DNA of 32,000 nt from Opitutales bacterium (GTDB lineage: Bacteria > Verrucomicrobiota > Verrucomicrobiia > Opitutales > PNEW01): positions 1,050,001 to 1,082,000 of the forward strand of contig CBDCNV010000002.1 of the NCBI GenBank assembly GCA_965219535.1, read 5' to 3'. Under the pieces are notes generated by a model. That model was given only the letters and a program-made list of their open reading frames with translations, was not told the origin of the DNA and searched no databases. The translations under genes were made by a program, and so were the position numbers. Of the stretch, positions 25,445 through 32,000 are shown piece by piece; position 1 is the stretch's first letter, and each line of letters opens with the position of its first letter.

Positions 25445-26398
25445 TCAATATTCAATTTTACCGACAATTTCTTTTTCATACCAATTTACCATGCGTTCAA
25501 GACCTTCGCGCGGCGATACCTTAGGTTCGTAACTTAGTAAATTACGTGCTTTCGTAATATCTGCACAGGTCGCTAACTGGTCGCCGGGGCGATGGGGCAG
25601 TTCTTTGATTTTCACTTTCTTATTCATAATCTCTTCGATCGTACGCAGTCCTTCACCGGTGCTGATTGCGGCACTGTTACCCAGATTAAAGATTTCTCCT
25701 TTAGCAAGGTCCCACTTATCGACTACCGCGATCATCCCATCTATAATGTCGCTCACATAGGTGTAGCTGCGTTGATGATCCATACTGCCCTTAAAAAGGG
25801 GGAATGCGGTATTATCAGTGATTGCCTTCATGAGTTTAGGATAGAGTTTATCCGGACGGTCACGCTCCCCATAAACGGAGTAAAGACGCAAAGAGCAAGC
25901 GGGGAAATCCATAATTCGCTGGCGGGCGAATACCAACTGTTCAGCCGCTAGCTTAGTTACACCATAGATAGAGGCGGGTTTGGGTACAGCTTCTTCGCTC
26001 TCTGTGGCGTAAATTCCATAGACAGAGGATGTCGAGACATTAATAAAAGACCGTAGGGTGGAAGAGCGCTCAAGTCCATCCAGGAGGCGTTGGGTTGCGA
26101 GTAAATTGTTTCTGAAATAGGAATCAAACGTTGTAAGGGGATCATTGCCCGGCTGTGCTGCGAGATGAAATACCACTTCGATTTCTTCGAGCTCCGTGGA
26201 CAATTCATCTTTGGTCAAATCTAACACCGTCATTGCCGCTCCGAGATCAGAAAGCATTTTAAAACTATTCTGTTTCAAGGCAACGGAATAAAAGCTATCG
26301 AGGGAATCAATACCTCTAACTTTGTGCCCTTGTTCTAACAGTCTTTTCGCGAGGTGTGAACCGATAAACCCTGCCGCCCCGGTAATTAATATATTCAT
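25445..26398 (-). CDS. NAD-dependent epimerase/dehydratase (extended SDR)
   Basis: It has ILITGAAGFIGSHL, STSSVYG and the catalytic YGVTKLAAE (YxxxK) motif. Confidence 0.85.
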   Translation of the reverse strand: MNILITGAAGFIGSHLAKRLLEQGHKVRGIDSLDSFYSVALKQNSFKMLSDLGAAMTVLDLTKDELSTELEEIEVVFHLAAQPGNDPLTTFDSYFRNNLLATQRLLDGLERSSTLRSFINVSTSSVYGIYATESEEAVPKPASIYGVTKLAAEQLVFARQRIMDFPACSLRLYSVYGERDRPDKLYPKLMKAITDNTAFPLFKGSMDHQRSYTYVSDIIDGMIAVVDKWDLAKGEIFNLGNSAAISTGEGLRTIEEIMNKKVKIKELPHRPGDQLATCADITKARNLLSYEPKVSPREGLERMVNWYEKEIVGKIEY

Positions 26399-26442
26399 TG
26401 TCAGGATAGTGTGTATTTAGGAATCCCGAATTTATTTATCCA

Positions 26443-28161
26443 TTAACTGTTCATTGTAGATCGCCACTCAACCAGTGCGACCTGCGGATATTTTCGACCG
26501 TTCCAAATATTCCAATTGGGTTTAACCGCTAAATCTATAGGTTGATTTCGAGGGGGCATTTTATCTCCTTGATTCCATGCCACCCCGAATAGACGTTTAC
26601 CTTTATTAGGATGGAGCATGAATCGAAAGTGATTCTGTCCGAAAGGTTCGGGTGATGACTGAAGAATTATATTTCGCAGCCCAAATACCGGTTCAGCGTT
26701 CTCCTGTCCGAAAGGATGAAGCATGTCTAATTCATTGAGAAGATGTTCATTGATCGACTCTACTGTAATCCAGTTTGCGATTTCTATTTCAGGTTCTGGC
26801 TGGATTCCTTTCATGTTCTCGTCAACCGCATGGTGAAATGCTTTTTGAAATTCTTTTACCTGATCGGGGTGAACAGATACACCGACAGCCATTGGATGTC
26901 CTCCCCATTGTCCAAGCATACCTTGGCAGTTTTTTAACACCTCGACAAGATTGACGCCCTTGATGCTGCGTCCAGAACCTTTGGCCATATCACCTACGGT
27001 CCCTAATACAATAGCGGGTCGGTTGAATTTTTGTGTGATGCGACTGGCGACAATTCCGACCACGCCCGGATGCCAATTATCGCCATAAAGGACTATACCT
27101 GCTGCATCTAAATGAAATTCTTCTACTAATTTTTCAGCTTCTAAAAAGATAGAACGTTCAATTGCGCGTCTCTCCTCGTTGAAGTTGTTGAGCGTACGCG
27201 CCGCTTCCATGCAAAGTTTACGATCATCGCTTAAGAGCATTTTAATGGGGAGTACTGCGTCAGCTAATCGCCCACTCGCATTGATTCGCGGACTTAAACG
27301 ATAAGATATATCAAAAGTTGATACATCATCGCCGAGCGTCATGCCACTGATTTCGAAGAGGGCGTTTAATCCTAATCGACTAGTATTTTTCAGGCAATTC
27401 AATCCCGCTTTAGTTAAAATTCGGTTTTCATCCCGAAGAGGTACGAGGTCGGCAATGGTACCAATCGCAACCAGATCAAGATAGTCTTTTATTTCGATTT
27501 CATTGGCCAATGTATCATCACGGTTGCGAAATTCTTTGATTAAACCATGGACCAGTTTGAATACCAGGCCGACACTGCAGAGATTTCTCCAAGGCTCTGC
27601 TTCATCGTCATAAATATGAGGGTTGATAATGATACAGTCATTGGGCAGTGGTTTCGTCGTTGTATGATGGTCAATGATAATTACATCGATCCCTTGATCG
27701 CAAAGAAACGAAACTTCCTCCTGTGAATTAGTTCCACAATCGATAGCGATAAAAAGCTTTGCATCACCCCCCTCTAGAGACCGTTCGATCGCGATCTGAG
27801 ATAGTCCATAGCCTTCTTCCTTGCGCCTGGGCACGAGATAGCGCGGGTATACATTAAAATATTGGAGGATACTAACGAGAAATACAGTGCTCGTGATGCC
27901 ATCGACATCATAATCTCCAAATACAATAATCTCTTCGCTCTTTGCGATGGCTTCACCTATCCGCCCAACCGCACGTCTGAGGTTAGTGATGCGAAAGGGG
28001 TCGTCGAGAACGCGGAGGCGGGGTTTTATAAAATCGCTGGCAGCTTTTGGATCAATCAATCCCTTCCTAACGAGTTGGCCCGCAATGATCTCACTGACGC
28101 CGAGTTGACTGCTTATCGCATAAACATCATCCTTGGATATCGGCGTATTTACCCAGCGCAT
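26443..28161 (-). CDS. recJ: Single-stranded-DNA-specific exonuclease RecJ
   Basis: It has the DHH-family motifs IIVFGDYDVDGITS, IAIDCG and VIIIDHH, and the DHHA1 segment GGHPMAVG. The start is 5 nt after the secDF stop. Confidence 0.92.
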   Translation of the reverse strand: MRWVNTPISKDDVYAISSQLGVSEIIAGQLVRKGLIDPKAASDFIKPRLRVLDDPFRITNLRRAVGRIGEAIAKSEEIIVFGDYDVDGITSTVFLVSILQYFNVYPRYLVPRRKEEGYGLSQIAIERSLEGGDAKLFIAIDCGTNSQEEVSFLCDQGIDVIIIDHHTTTKPLPNDCIIINPHIYDDEAEPWRNLCSVGLVFKLVHGLIKEFRNRDDTLANEIEIKDYLDLVAIGTIADLVPLRDENRILTKAGLNCLKNTSRLGLNALFEISGMTLGDDVSTFDISYRLSPRINASGRLADAVLPIKMLLSDDRKLCMEAARTLNNFNEERRAIERSIFLEAEKLVEEFHLDAAGIVLYGDNWHPGVVGIVASRITQKFNRPAIVLGTVGDMAKGSGRSIKGVNLVEVLKNCQGMLGQWGGHPMAVGVSVHPDQVKEFQKAFHHAVDENMKGIQPEPEIEIANWITVESINEHLLNELDMLHPFGQENAEPVFGLRNIILQSSPEPFGQNHFRFMLHPNKGKRLFGVAWNQGDKMPPRNQPIDLAVKPNWNIWNGRKYPQVALVEWRSTMNS

Positions 28162-28166
28162 CGTGC

Positions 28167-30731
28167 TTAAACTGTCTTCCCGGAAGATTCCCAGTCTCTT
28201 TTTGGGACAATATCATGTTGCTCTTCTACATGCCTGCGATCTCCTTTATGCCACCAGAAGAAAACAGGACTGGCGATAAAGATAGAAGAAAACGTTCCGG
28301 TAATTATTCCGATGAGAAAAACGAGAGCAAAATCGATGATTACTCCGGCGGCGAAGATATAAAGCGCAAGTGATGCCAGCATCGTTGTTAAGCTGGTCAA
28401 GATGGTACGTGCGAGGGTACGATTGATCGCATTGTTAACAATCTTTTTGAGATTCATACCCGGGTTGAGCGTCAACTCTTCGCGAATGCGGTCGAAAACA
28501 ACAATGCTGTCATTGATGGAATAGCCAATGACCATGAGAATGGCAGCGACCATAGGTGCTGTAAATTGACCACTTCCGATACCAGCCAATCCTAATAGGA
28601 CATAGAGACCGATCGTCATTAACACATCATGGATTGTAGCAACTACGGCACCTACCCCATAGCCGAACTCGAATCGTAAAGCCACGTAGAGGAGAATTCC
28701 TATTAAGGCAACGGCGAATGATATAAGAGCGCTATACTGGACTTCCTTTCCTACCGATGCTCCAACATACGTTGTGCCCACTAAATTTAATCCCGCATTG
28801 GGATAGGTTTCCTGTAGGGAGGCAAAAAAACTTTGTCCGACCTCACTCTCGGTCTGAATTTTTAAAACTTCACCTCCCTCTCCGATGATGCTTTGGTAGA
28901 GGGGATTAACCTCACCAAAACTTCCATCATCAGCGACCCGCTGAATTTCTTCATACTTGAGCTTCTGCTTGTAGTGGAGAGTTATTTCGTCACCTCCCGT
29001 GAAATCGTTACCGAGAATGTTTTTAAAATTAGCGAACATGGTGATCACTCCGATGAGGACAATAATCCATGAGGTGATAAAAGCCGTTCGGCGATAATCG
29101 AGAAATTTAATCTCTCTATCCTTGTGAATACTTAATCGCATTACTTTCTTGATCAGCCCGGCATTAATGAGAAATTCAAGCATGAAACGGCTCACGATTA
29201 GGGCGCAGAACATGGAAGCCCCTATGCCAATCGCGAGAGTGACACCGAAGCCCTTGACCGGACCGGTGCCCAGCCAGATGAGGATCCCTGCAGTTATCAG
29301 AGTCGTAACATTGGCGTCAATGATTGTTGAAAGCGCTTTGTCGTACCCTGAAATAAGCGCAGTCATCAGTTTTTTCCCAACTTTTAACTCTTCACGAATG
29401 CGTTCAAAAATAAGGATGTTCGCATCGACAGCCATACCTAAGGTGAGGATAAGCGCAGCTATCCCGGGAAGACTGACCGTTGCGCCAAAACTGGCTAATG
29501 TCCCTATGACGATAAATATATTCAAGGTCACTGAAATCATAGCTACGAAGCCAATTGATTGGTAGTAGATGATCATAAAGAGAATAACAAGAGCAGCACC
29601 GAGTAATGCGGCTTCAATACTCGCTAAACGTGCATCTTTAGCTAGTGAGGGGCCCACCTCGTACATTTCCACTATACTTAATCCGACTTTCAATGGATTA
29701 TTTAAAACGTTAGCTAATTCCATTGCTTCTCTTTGTGTATAACGCCCGGAGATCTCGGCACCTCCTTTAATTTCCTCTTTCACCGATGGAGCTGAATAAA
29801 GTCTGTCATCCAAAATGATCGCAAGTTGCCCTAGAGAATTGGTGCGTGCGTTTTCTTCGGCGATGCGTCGTGTGACATTGGCAAATGTTTTTCCTCCTTC
29901 ATCCGTAAAGTTCAAGAGGACGCGATAACCACCAAAGTCATTGGGTGCCGCATAAGCACTTTCAATTATCTCCCCCGTCATTTCCGGGACTTTCTTGATA
30001 TAGTAGGATTGCTCGACTATTTCACCTGTACGCGGGTTTTCACTTTCCTCAATCATGAGGACATAGCCGGGCGGTGTCAGACCGGTCTGAGTCGTGCGCG
30101 GATCTGCGGTGCGATGTACAAGGCTAAACTCAAGCAGTGCCGGAGCTTGGAGTGAATCAACAGCATCGGGGTTATCGCGCGTGGAAAGTCCGGGCATTTG
30201 AACCTCGATTGCATTTTCTCCGCGTATACGAATCACGGGTTCAGCTACTCCCAGGCCATCAACTCGACGTGCGATTATACTTTTTGCCTGTGACAGCTGC
30301 TCGGTGCGCTCCCAATCTTCTTCCGATAGATCCTCTTCTTTTACTTTAAAGGTGAAAGCCACGCCACCTTTTAAATCGAGGCCTAATTTTACTTTCCCAT
30401 GAGATTCGCTTAAAAGATAACGCATGAGCGTATTATTGCGCTTCTTTATATTCTTTATATCATGGGCGTCGATTTCAGGAAAATATTGCTGGAGGTCGAT
30501 ATTTTCCTCATCGACGATTCTTTTAAGCGCGATAAAAGTCGTGGGGTCCTGTCCCGTATCGCTGCGTTCCTGGGCGCGTTGAACAAGAGCGCTGAGTTCC
30601 GGTTCTTTGAATGTGGCTTTTCCCTGTATATAATCCTTAAAGGGGGTGTCTTCTACAGGGATTATATTAAGGATCGCCCAGGCCAGAACAAAGGCTGAGA
30701 CTACACTTTTCCAAAGGATGCTACCTGTCAT
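28167..30731 (-). CDS. secDF: Protein translocase subunit SecDF (fused SecD and SecF)
   Basis: This is an 854-aa ORF with two RND-like 6-TM halves. The SecD periplasmic segment is IEVQMPGLS. The segment GMAVDANILIFERIREE in the first half is repeated as GYSINDSIVVFDRIREE in the SecF half. Confidence 0.93.
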   Translation of the reverse strand: MTGSILWKSVVSAFVLAWAILNIIPVEDTPFKDYIQGKATFKEPELSALVQRAQERSDTGQDPTTFIALKRIVDEENIDLQQYFPEIDAHDIKNIKKRNNTLMRYLLSESHGKVKLGLDLKGGVAFTFKVKEEDLSEEDWERTEQLSQAKSIIARRVDGLGVAEPVIRIRGENAIEVQMPGLSTRDNPDAVDSLQAPALLEFSLVHRTADPRTTQTGLTPPGYVLMIEESENPRTGEIVEQSYYIKKVPEMTGEIIESAYAAPNDFGGYRVLLNFTDEGGKTFANVTRRIAEENARTNSLGQLAIILDDRLYSAPSVKEEIKGGAEISGRYTQREAMELANVLNNPLKVGLSIVEMYEVGPSLAKDARLASIEAALLGAALVILFMIIYYQSIGFVAMISVTLNIFIVIGTLASFGATVSLPGIAALILTLGMAVDANILIFERIREELKVGKKLMTALISGYDKALSTIIDANVTTLITAGILIWLGTGPVKGFGVTLAIGIGASMFCALIVSRFMLEFLINAGLIKKVMRLSIHKDREIKFLDYRRTAFITSWIIVLIGVITMFANFKNILGNDFTGGDEITLHYKQKLKYEEIQRVADDGSFGEVNPLYQSIIGEGGEVLKIQTESEVGQSFFASLQETYPNAGLNLVGTTYVGASVGKEVQYSALISFAVALIGILLYVALRFEFGYGVGAVVATIHDVLMTIGLYVLLGLAGIGSGQFTAPMVAAILMVIGYSINDSIVVFDRIREELTLNPGMNLKKIVNNAINRTLARTILTSLTTMLASLALYIFAAGVIIDFALVFLIGIITGTFSSIFIASPVFFWWHKGDRRHVEEQHDIVPKRDWESSGKTV

Positions 30732-30764
30732 GAGAGGATAAGCTAAATCTTAGGTAAGCAACGA

Positions 30765-31106
30765 TCAGGATTCTGATTTATCCGTTTTTTCCGTTTTGCT
30801 TTGGACGAAACTTTTACTCAGTTCGATTTTAGTATTATCGGCTATTTTTAATACAAAACAATCGCTTTTAACATTTGTGATAATACCGATGATTCCACCA
30901 TTTGTGATAATCTCATCTCCCGTACCTAATGAACGTATCATCTTATCGTGTTGCTTTTGTTTCTTACGCTGAGGGGCGATGATAAGAAACCACATTCCCG
31001 CAAAAAGGAGGCCAAAAATTAATATCTGAAAAGTAGGATCCGGCCCACCTTGTTGTGCTTGGACAATGGGGGCGAATAAGAGTTTAAATATTAGTATCTG
31101 ATGCAT
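30765..31106 (-). CDS. yajC: Preprotein translocase subunit YajC
   Basis: This is a 113-aa ORF. A TM helix is followed by IIAPQRKKQKQHDKMIRSLGTGDEIITNGGIIGIITNV, which is the YajC signature. It lies 33 nt upstream of secDF. Confidence 0.88.
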   Translation of the reverse strand: MHQILIFKLLFAPIVQAQQGGPDPTFQILIFGLLFAGMWFLIIAPQRKKQKQHDKMIRSLGTGDEIITNGGIIGIITNVKSDCFVLKIADNTKIELSKSFVQSKTEKTDKSES

Positions 31107-31211
31107 AATGAAATTGGGTTTCTAAAAATGCTCAATCAAGTTTACTGTCATCCAAAAGGCAAGTCATTTCATTTTACATTTCACCCCTGCAGATGTTTTT
31201 GCGATCAATTA

Positions 31212-32000
31212 TTAAGCGGGAACTTTGTTCGCAACTTTTTTAAATGCATTATCAGCGATATTAATCGCTTCATCGATATCTGATTCCTGATGGGCAGCGT
31301 TAATGAACCAGTTGTGGTGGGGATGAAAAAAAACACCGTTTTCCATGCAGTAACGACAAAATGCCTGCATCCGCATTAAATTTGTTTCTTCAGCAAAACT
31401 CATGTAGGGAAGCGCAGGTGGTCCGGAACAAGTGACTCGTAACCCGTATTTCGCCGCGGCATTTTCCAGGCCCCGGGTGAGACGTTTACCCATTGCTTGC
31501 AAGTGTTCAACAACGTTGTCCCGCTTGAGTATATGAAGGCAGGTAAGAGCTGCGGCCATTGGCATGGCACTAAACCAATAGCTACCGGTCATGAAAACTT
31601 TACTTGCGGCCTGCTTGAATTCATCCCGTCCCACGGCGGCAGATAAGGGATAACCGTTGGCGATCGCCTTACAAAAACAGGAAATATCGGGGGTAAAATT
31701 AAACGCCTGGTGCGAACCTCCGTGGTGGAGTCGAAATCCGGCTCTGATATCATCGAGAATAAAGACGATGCCTTTATTTTTACAGACGTTTTCGATCTCC
31801 TGCAAAAACCCTTCCGCCGGTAAAACGGAATCTGCCCCTCCCGGGTGGTGATAAGGGGTAGTAATGATCGCAGCAATCTGCCCCTTGTGTTGATTAACCA
31901 ACGTGTGGACGCTATGAATATCATTCCATAAAAAAGTATGACTATGAACGTTGTCTTCTGGGATGGACCCATTGGGACCGCGAGTGGGACACCAGTAACC
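31212..32000 (-). CDS. Class-III (PLP-dependent) aminotransferase, HemL-like; the N-terminus lies outside the window
   Basis: The frame stays open up to nt 32000 (GYWCPTRGPNGSIPEDNVHSHTFLWNDIHSV...). It has FILDDIRAGFRL (matching DEVxTGFR) and the PLP-Lys segment CFCKAIANGYPLSA. Confidence 0.8.
   Translation of the reverse strand, partial: GYWCPTRGPNGSIPEDNVHSHTFLWNDIHSVHTLVNQHKGQIAAIITTPYHHPGGADSVLPAEGFLQEIENVCKNKGIVFILDDIRAGFRLHHGGSHQAFNFTPDISCFCKAIANGYPLSAAVGRDEFKQAASKVFMTGSYWFSAMPMAAALTCLHILKRDNVVEHLQAMGKRLTRGLENAAAKYGLRVTCSGPPALPYMSFAEETNLMRMQAFCRYCMENGVFFHPHHNWFINAAHQESDIDEAINIADNAFKKVANKVPA

Noticed and set aside
30183-30195. GGAAAGTCCGGGC matches the highly conserved P4 segment of bacterial RNase P RNA.
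   Set aside because: It lies inside the uninterrupted 854-aa secDF ORF on the opposite strand. There it encodes the conserved SecD periplasmic segment (V)QMPGLST. The flanking sequence does not continue the RNase P consensus and shows none of the other RNase P helices.
1-32000. I searched by eye for tRNA, rRNA, tmRNA, SRP RNA, CRISPR repeats, IS terminal inverted repeats, integrases, toxin-antitoxin pairs and defence-system genes.
   Set aside because: I found none. There are no TPsiC-arm GGTTCGAATCC-like segments, no regularly spaced repeats, and no transposase- or integrase-like ORFs. All ORFs over 100 aa that are not shadows have ordinary metabolic or informational assignments, except those listed in the findings.

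Overview
This is a 32-kb window of a moderately AT-rich bacterial chromosome, read by eye with no computed statistics. It is densely coded, with about 21 well-supported CDS, most of them housekeeping. On the plus strand: trpS, hisG, rpsA, amtB, glgC, a tandem-USP protein, dinB and glyQS. On the minus strand: acs, an RpoD/RpoS-like sigma factor, trpE, and a yajC-secDF(fused)-recJ block. There are also an MFS transporter, a DAO-family FAD oxidoreductase, a PhyH-type dioxygenase, an SDR epimerase/dehydratase and a class-III aminotransferase that is cut by the right edge. I found no rRNA, tRNA, CRISPR array, IS or transposase, integrase or phage gene. Almost no gene has a recognisable Shine-Dalgarno sequence, and canonical hairpin-plus-T-tract terminators are essentially absent. 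Together with the fused SecDF, this suggests a PVC/FCB-type Gram-negative, but the taxon cannot be fixed from this window. The most unusual content is at the left edge. An NRPS-like protein, truncated by the window start, has the C-terminal part of an adenylation domain, a carrier domain, and then a ~390-aa domain in place of the usual SDR-type terminal reductase. That domain has a GxGxxG Rossmann motif and a downstream Cys and, from memory, resembles cyanobacterial acyl-ACP reductase (AAR). A stand-alone PAPS-type sulfotransferase follows it 25 nt downstream. Other points worth a second look are listed below.
- An orphan OmpR-type response regulator is broken by a single -1/+2 frame change, most simply at an A4 run.
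- An uncharacterised protein combines a 2-TM anchor, a coiled coil, an acidic linker and a beta-rich C-terminal domain.
- A 12-bp hairpin sequesters GGAGGA in the rpsA leader.
- amtB has no glnK partner and is followed by a ~400-bp spacer with short direct repeats and a mini-ORF behind a strong SD.
- Three palindromic elements lie upstream of dinB.
All functional calls come from motif recognition by eye. No database search was run.
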